DNA of 64,000 nt, taken from Gracilinanus agilis (lineage: Eukaryota). Under the pieces are notes generated by a model, which saw only the letters and a program-made list of their open reading frames with translations, ran no database searches and had not been told where the DNA came from. Of the stretch, positions 47,785 through 58,993 are shown piece after piece (within the stretch, counting starts at the first letter, position 1; every line of letters starts with the position of its first letter). The stretch is taken from contig NC_058132.1 of NCBI RefSeq assembly GCF_016433145.1, positions 28,828,260 to 28,892,259 on the forward strand, read 5' to 3'. The translations under genes were made by a program, and so were the position numbers.

Positions 47785-49645
47785 ATTAACCTTTGCCTTC
47801 TCTCTTAGTATCTAAACTATATTTTGGTTCTAACACAAAAAAAAAAAAAACAGCAAGGACTAGACAATTGGAGTTAAGTAACTTGTCCAAGGTCATACAG
47901 CTGAGAAGCATCTGAGACCATATTTGAACCCAGGACCTCCTCTCTCTAGATTGGCCAGACTATTTCAATAGCTTTGTAACTCGTCTCCCTGATTCAAGAC
48001 CTCTCTGCAATCCATCCTCCATATAGTTGCCAAAAATGATTTTCCTTCTCTACAGCCCTGACTGTTATTCTCCCACTCAGTGAACATCAGTGACTCCCTG
48101 TCGTTACTGGGATAAGCTCAGAGTTACAAATTTATAATTGGAAAGAACCTCAGCGTCTAGTAAGTTTGATGGTCTCATTTTTATAGATGAGGAAACTAAA
48201 CTCGATTTCACTTTTAAAGCCCTTCCCAATCGGCCCCCAACCTGGCTTTCCAGCCCCTTCAGAGCCTTCTATCTGTTCCTCACCAGGGGATTTTCATCTC
48301 CCGTCTTCCTGCTTTTGCTCCCCATGCCTAGAATGTGCTCCCTCTTTACCTACCCCTCCTTCCAGACACAGCCCCTCAATCATTTTTTTTTTTAATGCCT
48401 TTGCCTTCCATCTTAGAATCAATACTGTGTATTGGCTCCTAGGCAAGAGAGTGGTCAGGGCTAGGCAGTGGCGGGTTAAGTGACTTGCCCAGGGTCACAC
48501 AGCTAGGAAGTGTCCAAGGTCACATTTGAACCCAGGACCTCCCATCTCTGTGCCTGGTTCTCAATCCACTGAGCCGCCCAGCTGCCCCAAATCGTCCCCT
48601 TCTACATGGAGCCCTTCCCAGTCTCCTTTCCTAAATCCCTTGCATTTGGCTAACTTCTATTTATTTTCTTTTAATTTATACTGCATATACTCATGTAAGT
48701 ACACATCGCCCTATTAGAATTCATTTCCTTATTTATATATTATTTTGCTTTTTGCCTTTGATTCCCCAGTGCCTGGCCCGGCCCAGTATTAAATGCTTGT
48801 GGATTGAGTCAGACACTGTGAAGAAGACAAAACTAACCAGACCCTTCCCTCAGGGCACTTACATTGAATGGGGAGAAGGAAACCAGACACTATTTTTTAT
48901 TTTGTCCTTAGGAATCCCAGCATCTAGCAGTGCCCAGCGTATAGTAGGTCTTTTTTTTTTTTTTTTTAAATTTTTTTAAACCCTTAACTTCTGCGTAGTG
49001 GCTCCTAGGTGGAAGAGTGGTAAGGGTGGGCAATGGGGGTCAAGTGACTTGCCCAGGGTCACACAGCTGGGAAGTGTCTGAGGCCGGATTTGAACCCAGG
49101 ACCTCCCGTCTCTAGGCCTGACTCTCCATCCACTGAGCTACCCAGCTGCCCCCATAGTAGGTCCTTAATCAGTCAGTGTTTGTTGGGAACTTTCCCAATA
49201 GTCTAGCTGAAAGGTATCAACCTCACTAGCCTTTTGCCACTAGGTGGTACATGGTAATCGGTAAATGTTAACTAAAGCTAGGCACAGGGATGGATGGAGA
49301 GGTCAGAGATGACCAGGGGGGCTTGTTAGGACTGGAGGGACCAGGGCTGGGGAGCCTCAGGATGCTGGATCTCCTTCCCTTCGTCATCTCAGCAACTCTT
49401 GGGCTATTGCTAGACAAAGCTGTTTAACCTCTGCGCACACATCTACACTAACCTGATCCCCCTCCCCTTAGTGGATTTATCCAGTTCCCACCATGTTATT
49501 CTCATGGCTAGCACTGATCATGAAACAGACCCAGAGGCTCTTTGAGCTCTAACCTTAGGGGGGAGCCAAAACCCTGAGGGTGAAACCTCCTGAAGTTTGG
49601 TGACTCAAACGAAAGAAGAACCAGGACTCCTGGGTCCCCCTAACC

Positions 49646-49942
49646 CAGTGATTCCCAAAGTGGGCACCACCGCCCCCTGGTGGGTGCTGCAGCGATCCAG
49701 ATCCAGGGAAGCGGTGATGGCCACAGGTGCATTTCTGAGTTCAATAAATAGTTTCATAATTTCAAAGTTCAATGTTTCTAATTTACACCTTTCCTATATT
49801 TTACGAAAAAGGTAGAAACATTAATACATATATCTTTCCTATTCATTGCTATTAAAATTTTTTTAAAAATTAATTTCCAGGGGGCTAAGTAATATTTTTT
49901 CTGGAAAGGGGGTGGGAGGCCAAAAAAGTTTGGGAACCCCTG
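49646..49942 (+). mobile_element. hAT MITE, family B, long copy d (297 bp)
   Basis: Same termini; TSD CCCTAACC / GCCTAGCC; longer interior. Confidence 0.85.
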
Positions 49943-50259
49943 GCCTAGCCTCTGGGGCAGGGGAAAAGCTCCAACAATTAGCTCCGTGATTCTGGGCAAA
50001 AGTCTTGACCTCTCTTGACCTCAGTCTCCTTATCCGTAAAATGAGAAGACAAGGGGCAGCTGGGTAGCTCAGTGGAGTGAGAGTCAGGCCTAGAGACGGG
50101 AGGTCCTGGGTTCAAATGTGGCCTCAAGACACTTCCCAGCTGTGTGACCCTGGGCAAGTCACTTGACCCCCATTGCCCACCCTTACCAATCTTCCACCTA
50201 TGAGACAATACACCGAAGTACAAGGGTTAAAAAAAAAAAAATGAGAAGACAAACTGTTG

Positions 50260-53200
50260 GAGTAGGAACACAGGCAAAAGCATATATTTCATCACTTGTT
50301 TATTTGGGTATACTTTGGGGGTTTGGGCTCTATAAGATTATTCACTCACTGAAATGAATGATATGGAAATATGTTTTGCGTGATAGCACATGTATAACCC
50401 AGATTGGATTGGTTGTCAGCGCCGGGAGGGAGATAGCACAAATCATGTAACTTTGGAAAACTTATGTGTAAATTTGTTATTGGAATAAAATGAAAGATTT
50501 TTTTAAAAAGATAATGCATGTATAACCCAGCTTGTCAGCTCCGAGAGGAGGGAGGGAAGAAAGGAGGAAGACAATATGGATCATATAACTTCAAAGACTT
50601 ATCTGAAAATTTGTTATTAAAAATTTTTTAAATAAGAATTCAGGACGAGACGATGATATCTGGCGTTTGTAAAGCATTTTAGTTTAAAATTTTTTATTTT
50701 ATTTTTATTATCAAGCAACACGTACTTTCCAATTGGTCATTTTTTAAAATTAAGTTTATTTATTTAATTAATTTAGAAGATGTTCCCATGGTTACCTGAT
50801 TCATGTTCTTTCTCTCCCCTCCTCCCACCTCCCCTCCTGTAGCCAACGAGCAATTCCACTGGGTTTTACATGTGTCATTGATCAAGTTGGTCATTGTTAT
50901 AAGAGCGAACTCATATAAAACCCAAATCCCAAAATAAAACTGAATATATTGATGAGAAAGAAAGTCCATTTCGATCTGCATCCATCTGACTCTTTCTCTG
51001 GAGGTAGAGAACATCCCTGTCATTAGTCTTTCAGGATTGTCCCTGATCTTTGCTTTGCTTTGCTGAGAGGAGCCAAGTTTTCACAGATGATCATCAGACA
51101 ATATTGCTGTTACTATGTATAATGTTCTCCTGGTTCTGCTTATTTCACTCTGCATCCGTTCATGGAGCTCTTTCCAGCTTTTTCCTGTTCTTCTTTCCTT
51201 ACACAAGCACGATAGTCTTTCATCACCAACATGTACTGTAAAAAGTAATTTGGGAAATGTATAAAACTACATTTCCCGTGATCCAACATGGTCCAACTGG
51301 TTTCCGTTTCCGACGTCTTGACGCAGGGGAGAGCTTAAATCTCCTGGGTTAGGAGGGAGTGCTCTCTTTGCGAGTAGGCCATGGCCAGGAAACAGGAGAC
51401 AAAATGGAGGTGGCGGCAGTTTTGAATGCTTACAAGCGCGTGGTCTAATGATTTTATCTATCAAAATGGCTTTAATTAAAATACTAATTTATATTATTAT
51501 CACAGCCTTTATCATTTTTCATATTTACAATTATGGCAACCAGAAGTTTGGAAATAGAATTTTCAATTTTCTAGATAGCCTAAGAGGAAAAAGCCATGCG
51601 GCTCTGGGACCCAGAGTCTCAGAAGCGAATTTTCTAGATAGCCTAACTATAGCCATGCCTGCTTTTTGGCCATCTGGCTCAGCTCTTTTGAGCACTTTTT
51701 TAAAAAAGGAAAGTGACTTTCCTTGCCATGCTTTTGCTAAAAGCAAGAGCACGTTTTTGCCTCCAGTGGGACTCAGCCGGCCAGTCCAGCCCAAGCCACC
51801 TTGGGAGGGAGGTCAGGCCAGCCGATTCGGGCTTTTGGCTTTAAACTAAAATGCCGGAGCCCAGCCAATGTGCTGCTGCTGATGCTGCTGCTGCTGATGC
51901 TTTTCTTGCTGCTGATGCTGCTGATCCTGACCACTTCCACTTCAACCCCGAGCTCCAGAACCTGAGATTTCCAGGACGGAACCCAGTCCTGCCGCCTTTG
52001 CTGAGATCGAGACCTCCAGAGACTGCTTCAGCTCTGACGCAAACCATTTGGGTATATTCCCCTTTCTCCCTATTTCTAGCCTTAGACCTAATTAGGCAAC
52101 AACCCACACAGACTCTACACGTGGGTAGTTTTCCTGAGCTTTTCTCCTCTAACCCCAAGCCCACGTGGACCTAGCATCTGAACCTCTCAGGCGCTTGGCC
52201 TATTCAAACTTTTGCGATTATTAAAAAAACTGAACTTAGGGGAAGCCTATTCACCCCATACCTGCTCAGAACTTTGAACTGATAGCAAAGACTGGTGATA
52301 AAAAAAAAAAAACCCTTAAACTCAGCAGAACTCAATCAAAAGAACCTTAAATTGAAATCAGGGGTGAACTTTTAAAACCTCGGAACTGAATGAGCTTTAT
52401 TTCTGTTTTAAAAAGACTGTATCTTACTGTATATTGCTAATTAGTTTTGTTAATTAATCTTGCTTACTTCGTTGATATTCCTGTTGCACTGAATCATTTT
52501 ACGCTAATGAAGTTTCTGCTTATGATGTTATTATATTTACTAATTTACTTAAAGCTTACTGTATCAGAAACAATGCGGTTATATGTACCACCTATGAACA
52601 TCTTATAGAGCACATGTCTTTAAAATTTATTCTGTCTTGGTAATTGCAAAGAACCTTGAGAGTTTCCATGCTTTAAATATTACCTTGTAATTTTACAAGA
52701 GATCTTTTTTAACTTTTACTTTAAATCCTTAAGAAATTGTTGTCTTAAAGGATAAAGCTTTTAGATATTTTATTATAAGAGATATTATTGCCTTAAATGG
52801 GTAGAAGCATTCCTATCCAGGATTTTTTTAAAAACAGGAAGCCAAGGAGCTCCTGTATATTCTTATCTGAGGATGATTATACCAGAAGGTTTCTTTTTTA
52901 AATATCACATTTTGCTATGGAAGCAATAACAGCATTTGCCAAGGGTTAAAAGTTGTAACAAGTATATAATTTTGAACATCATTATTTATTGTTTTAAAAT
53001 GTGCTACTGGAAATAATGGTACTCTATTTGAATGTGCATTGTGAATCTGCTTTTTGTAAGATCCATTTTCACTCACAAAATGAAAACCTCATTTTGGGGT
53101 AACATAACCCTTCTAGTTCTAAGCTATATATATATATATTTTTTTTTTTGATTTTTGAAACATTTTTCTAATGAGAAATTGATTTTCCCTTTTTATCATC

Positions 53201-54770
53201 TTGTACTGGAAGTACATATATAATCATTATTTATCCTTTTTCTGAGTCTACAGCAAATACCTGAGCCTATAGGACTGTGATTTAAATGCCTTTCTGATTC
53301 CAGAAGGGAATATGAAAGCCATTAATAGTGCTAAAAAAAGCACATGGTCAGAGACTTGACTGACTAAGATCTGCAAAATAGCAGTTCTATGCCAATACAT
53401 TAGGGCTTGAAATTGGGTTTGAGTCCTGGAGTCCCAGTCTTTTCTAAAACTTTAGAGGACGTGGGTCCCCTCGACTTAGATTCCTAGAAAGCACCTAAGA
53501 TTGGTTATTTACTTGGCTCACTTCCCTAAAAAGCTGATGATAAGTCAGATCAGAGAGAGACATTTTCCTTATGTCCTGGCCCTGAATGGGTAATTGCACA
53601 CTGTGAATTCACTTTAATTAGACCTTCATTCAAAGGTCTAAGTTTATTTTCCCCAGATTTTTTTGCACATTTTACATTTCACAAGTTAATTTTTTCTTTT
53701 TTCTTGAATTTTATTCTTTTTATTTTGCCAATTGAATTCATATAAACCCCCAGGACTCAGCCACTCATCCTTAGCTGACCTGAGATACCCTTTTTTAGAA
53801 AAAAGGTGTGTTTAAGAATTACCTCACGGGGATATCTGTTAAGTTTTTTAAAATTCGATAATGTAAAAATATATGTATATTTATTTAACTCTTTTAGGAG
53901 TAATTTCACGGGGAATTATATAAAATCTTAGAAGAAAATGTATGTTTTGTAATCTATAATGTAAGGTTTAAATTCTTTTGAGAATAATTTCAGGATAAGG
54001 ACCTTGCCATCTCCCCAGAATCCAGACGACGAACTTGTTTTGGTGAAGACACCATGAAGATGTCTGAAAAGCCTTCACTGTACCATGAAGACCAAACTTT
54101 GAACTTTGGGGTGCAGTTGATTGAACTATGGGGAGTTGAAATTGAGTTGTATGTATTGTTTTAAATTGTACACTGTGCCAGTGGGGGACAGCCCCCCAAA
54201 TTGGTTTTTTGTCAATGCGTCTAATTTTAACCATTTGTTCATCTATTTCTTTTATCCCCAAAATTCCTGAAAATTTTAGAAGTTGCTATTTTTACAGGTC
54301 CAGCGAAGAAAAAAGGACTAACCTTTTTTTTTGCCGGACCTCACGGGGAATTGTAAAAAGTAATTTGGGAAATGTATAAAACTACATTTCCCGTGATCCA
54401 ACATGGTCCAACTGATTTCCGTCTCCTATGTCTTGACACAGGGGAGAGCTTAAATCTCGTGGGTTAGGAGGGAGTGCTCTCTTTGCGAGTAGGCCATGGC
54501 CAGGAAACAGGAGACAAAATGGAGGTGGCGGCAGTTTTGAATGCTTACAAGCGCGTGGTCTAATGATTTTATCTATCAAAATGGCTTTAATTAAAATACT
54601 AATTTATATTATTATCACAGCCTTTATCATTTTTCATATTTACAGTACCGCACTTTGTTCAGCCATTCCCTAGTTGGTGGGCATCATCTCAATTTCCAAT
54701 TCTTTGCCACCACAAAAAGAGCTGCTATAAATGTTTTTGTACAAGTAGGTCTTTTCCCCTTTTGTAAACC
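50260..54770. mobile_element. L1 3' ends: tandem + copies 50260-50630; a - strand copy 50690-51236 continuing at 54645-54770
   Basis: CATCACCAACATGTAC | GTACCGCACTTTGTTCAGCCATTCCC joins across the LTR insertion. Confidence 0.7.
51237..54644 (+). mobile_element. Complete LTR retroelement (probably ERV1-like, non-autonomous)
   Basis: 293-bp direct LTRs 51237-51529 and 54352-54644 (TGTA...TACA, 6 differences); 4-bp TSD GTAC at 51233-51236 and 54645-54648; purine run CGGGGAAT before the 3' LTR; no long gag/pol ORF in the 2.8-kb interior; inserted into an L1 fragment. Confidence 0.9.
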
Positions 54771-55639
54771 ATTTAAAAACATTTTCTTATCTGGGCCCCA
54801 CGGGCATTTTATAGGTGAGAAAATGGTGGCTCCGAGTGATTCAGCCTTGGTTGCACAGCCAAGATATATGATTTGAACACAGGTCTTGGTACTCCAAAAC
54901 ACTCTATCCACAACTAGTTATATCGCCTCCCAGTCTCCAAAGGGCTGTGCATCTTTGATCATCCATAAATCTCCTGCGTTCCATTTCCTTTCCACCCTGC
55001 TTCCAACGTCCTTATGGAAATGGTGGTTTTGAGAACACCTGGGAACTCTCTCAAAAACACACCTGTGGGTGAATAAACATCTTCCTCTCTCTGCTCTGCG
55101 CCTTCCTCTGGGGAACTGAGAAGCATTTTTGTGGCTTCACGGATTGGTCTCTCCCAATCCTGCCCGGCTTCATTTGGGTGTCCGGGAGGTTGCTTGTTGA
55201 TTTAATAGAGTAGATGCAAAATCTGGCTGGGCCTCATTTTGGACTTCCTGTGATCTCCTGGCTATGGGGTAGGAATCCATTGGGCACATGGAGGAAAAGC
55301 CCGGACGGGCAGTTAACCAGGGCTGCAGCTACACCGCCCCCCCCTTGAAAGTAACACCACCAGACGTGGAAAAAGGGACAGAGAACGCCAAGGCAGCCCT
55401 CCCTCCGCCCCAGGTGTGATATCCAGCTCTGCCCGGAGAGGGTCAGAGGACACATCTACCTCTGGAGACCCCAGCCATGTCAGGGAGGGAGGTCTGGGGA
55501 AGGGAGGAAAGGGCTGAGGCTCAAGCCCTCCCAGGGAGACTTTGCATCATGGGCTGGAGGGAAGGTCCATCCTTGCCCGGACCTTGCATATTGAAATCTT
55601 GTCACCCTCTGCCCCATCCAAGATTGGATCCTCCTCCCC

Positions 55640-57620
55640 TTTGTTCAGTAGTTTCAGTTGTGTCTGATTCTTTATGACCCTGTCTGCCATTTTCTTGGTG
55701 AAGATACTGGAGTGGTTTGCCATATCCTTCTCCAGCTGATTTGACAGATGAGGAAACTGAGGCAAACAAGGTTAAGTAATGTGCCTAGGGTTTCACTGCT
55801 AGTTAGTGTCTGGAGCTGGATTTGAACTCAGATCTCCCTGCCTCCAAACTCAGCATTCTATCCATGCATTGAGCCACCTACCTTCCCATCTTTAAACAAG
55901 ATATAATGCTTCTATTCTTTTACATGCTGCCCTCCTAACCTATGATTATGGGATCCTAGCTCGAAGGGACTCCAGAGGCCCAGGAAGGGTGAGGCAAAGC
56001 ATCAAAGACAGGATTTGAACCCAAATCTTCTGACTCTAAAGCCAGGGCCCTTCTCACTGTGCCACGCACCTCCTGTTTTCTTTCTTCCCTTGGATCTGAG
56101 ATCTCCCCGGGCTCATAATAATTAGTGACTCCACACACCGTCTGTGCCTCTCCTCCATGAAAAGCTGCTGGGTTCGTCCACTCTTTTCACCTCCAGACTT
56201 GGTGGGAAGGGATTTATAATGGGGAATCCCAGATTTGGAACTGGAAGAGACCTCGGCAACCATCTCATCCAGTCCCACCACTTTATAGATGAGGAATCTG
56301 AGGCCAAGATAGGCCAACCGACTTGTTCTAGGTCACACGCTAGCCTCGGAATTCCCGAACTCTACTTGGGCTGGCTGGCACGTCTCACCCCTGAAAGGAG
56401 CTCCTTTGCTCGCTGTGGTTTAACTGACCTTTACTGGTCCCTGCAGGGGCTTCCACCAGATGAACTCACCTCCTCCTAGGCACACACCACATTCTGATAA
56501 AGTCACCCCATTGGGTAGGAAATCAAAGAGGTTTAAGAAAAAATAAAGAAAGGGGCTGGGGGTGGGTGGGAGGTTTTCTCTCCATGTTCAAGGACGGTTG
56601 AGGTAGCCTGAAGACAGTTCATGGGGGCCAAGGGCATTTGAAGGAGGCAAGGGCTAGACACTAGCCTAAATTACCCTCTCCCGACTTCCACACCTCCCGA
56701 GCTTTAGGGATGGCTTCTGTTGATGTAGTTCAATTGTAGCCAACTTTTCATGACCCCATTCGGAGTTTTCTTGGCAGAGATACTAGACTGGTTTGCCATT
56801 TCTTTCTCCAGCTCATCTTACAGATGAGGAAACTGAGGCAAACAGAGTTAATTGATTTGCCCAGGGTGACACAGCTAGAGTCTGAGACTAGATTTGAACT
56901 CAAGTCTTCCTGACTCCAGGCTTGGAACTCATCCACTGGACCACCTAATTGCCCCCCAGGGGTGGTCTACTCCTTTAGAATATAAGCTTTTTCAGGGTAA
57001 GAACTTCCTTCACTTTTGTGTTCCTCTCCTCAGTGCTTAGCTCATGTTTGGCTTCCAATAAGCACTTGGTAAGTGTTTAAGAAGGGCCAGTTAGGGGGCA
57101 GCTGGGTAGCTCAGTGGATGGAGAGCCAGGCCTAGAGACAGGAGGTCCTGGGTTCAAATCTGTCTTCAGACACTTCCTAGATGTGTGACCCTGGGCAAGT
57201 CACTTAACCCCCATTGCCTAACCCTTACCACTCTTCTGCCTTGGAGCCAATTCACAGTATTGACTCCAAGATGGAAGGTGAGGGTCTTAAAAATAACAAA
57301 TAAACAAATGAACGAAAGAATGAATGAATGAATGAACAAACAAATGAATAAATAAATAAATGAAAATTTTTTAAAAAGAAGGGTCAGTTAGATGGTGAAA
57401 TAAAGTAGTGACCCTGGAGTCAGGAGGACCTGAGTTCAAACCCAGCCTAAGACACTTCCTGGATGTATGATCCTGGACAAGTTGCTTCACTCTGTTGGCC
57501 TCAGTTTCCTTATCTGTAAAGTGAGCTGGAGAAAGAAATGGAAAACGACTCCAGAATCTCTGCCAAGAAAACCTAAAATGGGGTCACATCTGACACGACT
57601 AAACAAGAATAAAATGCTTT
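55640..57620. mobile_element. MIR/MAR1-like core SINEs (about 55640-55890, 56710-56955, 57390-57620; also 33745-33950, 47090-47280, 60200-60420)
   Basis: Core motif TTTTACAGATGAGGAAACTGAGGC with CTTGGCAAAGATACTGGAGTG-type flanks. Confidence 0.7.
57095..57375 (+). mobile_element. SINE with (GAAT/AAAT)n tail
   Basis: TSD AAGAAGGG(C/T)CAGTTAG. Confidence 0.9.
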
Positions 57621-58249
57621 TGTCTTCGTTCATTCATTCATTGTGGAGAAGGACAAATGAGATCCACTGAGGATCTGGCCAGGGTAGACTAAACTTTAAG
57701 GAGGAACCTGGGCTACTGACTGATCGAGAGACAGAGACTGGAGGAAGGGCTGAAAGGAGAAATATTTACAGCCTTCTCCTCCTCCTCCTGGCCCTACATA
57801 TGTGTCAGGGGCTTTGAGAGATGGGGCGGCCAGCCGTGGAAAGGGCCCCGAGAGCCACGGCGTCTTCTGGAGAGAGCTGGGTTTCTGTGAGCACCCGAAG
57901 ACGGAGGGAAGCGCCCTCAAGGAAGATGTCTGGGATCACAGACTTAGAGCTGGAAGGGAGTTGTTTGGGAGTCGGATTCCATCGTTTTACGTACACAGGG
58001 AGAGCGGAGGCTCTGGAGTGTGAAATAGCTTTCCCAGAGCTCAGAGATTGTGGCCGAATCAGGATTTGAACTGAAAGCCTCTGACTCTAAAGCCAGAGAC
58101 TCTCAGGGACTCAGTTTCCCTCTCTGTAAAAGGAAAAGTTCCATCAGATGGCAGTAGTAAGAACAGATGTTTACAGCCCTTTCTTAACATAGATTAATGC
58201 CTTTGACCCTCACCACAAACTTGTGAAGAGCTTTCATCGTAACCATTTT

Positions 58250-58434
58250 TTCTTATTTTTTAAACCATTATCTTCTGTCTTAGTATCACTTAAGAGAATG
58301 ATAAGGGCGAGGCAGTTGGGGTTAAGTGACTTGCCCAAAGTCATACAGTTAAGAGGTGTCTGAGACCAGATTTGAACCCAGGTCCTCCCGACTCCAGTCC
58401 TGGTGCTCTATCCACTGAACCATCTAGTTGCCTC
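58250..58434 (-). mobile_element. SINE
   Basis: Diverged match to the SINE unit. Confidence 0.75.
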
Positions 58435-58689
58435 TCATTGTAACTATTTTAAGGATAGGAACATCTGATTGCAGTGACTTGCCTAGAGTCACACAGGCAA
58501 TAAATGAGGCAGAATTCAAACTCAAGCCTTCCTGATGCCATCTCCAACACTTTGCCCGCTCTGCCACCCGACTCCAGCTCTCTGTTTGTAGGAGCCCTGA
58601 AAGCCCCACTCGGTCCCCGAGGGACAAGCCCAGTTAATGCCTCCCAAGGTGGCAGGATGAGGGAGATGGCAGGGAGCAGAGTTGGCTGT

Positions 58690-58993
58690 TCCTGGGAGTG
58701 GAGGGGTTGTCAGGCTGAGGAATGTCTCTGGCATGTGCTGACGAGGGGGGATTCCTGATCCCGGCTCTGCCCCCACCCCAGCAGGAAAATAAGGAGGAAA
58801 GAGCCAGAGCTCTCCGGAGAGCGTGTAACGAAAAGAAGGGTGCCCCGGGAGTGAGCAGATCGGGCTTCCAGGCCCCCAGCTGGCTGCTTTTGAGCCAGGC
58901 CCCTCTCGGCTCTGATGGTCTCTAAGTCTCCCAGACATCCGGAAGCAGGGAGCTGAGCCGGAGCGAGGGAAGGGCTAGAGTTGGGGGGCAGAG
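58690..58993 (+). promoter_or_regulatory. NPHS1 proximal promoter / 5' UTR
   Basis: TATA-less; TGGGAG (WT1-like) 58693-58698, GGAATG (TEAD) 58719-58724, TGCTGAC (MAF half-site) 58736-58742, CAGCTG 58877-58882. Confidence 0.5.

Larger units (their letters stand above)
47367..50240. mobile_element. SINE cluster: 47367-47548 (+), 47785-47950 (-), 48381-48588 (-), 48951-49153 (-), 50053-50240 (+)
   Basis: Match the SINE unit; TSDs ATAGTAGGTC (48951 copy) and AAAATGAGAAGACAA (50053 copy). Confidence 0.85.

Noticed and set aside
46151-54644. Inverted LTRs as the cause of the COX6B1-NPHS1 rearrangement
   Set aside because: The LTR element is young (about 2% LTR divergence) and its TSD and host L1 are intact. 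A marsupial-eutherian rearrangement is probably far older; only comparison among marsupials could revive this idea.
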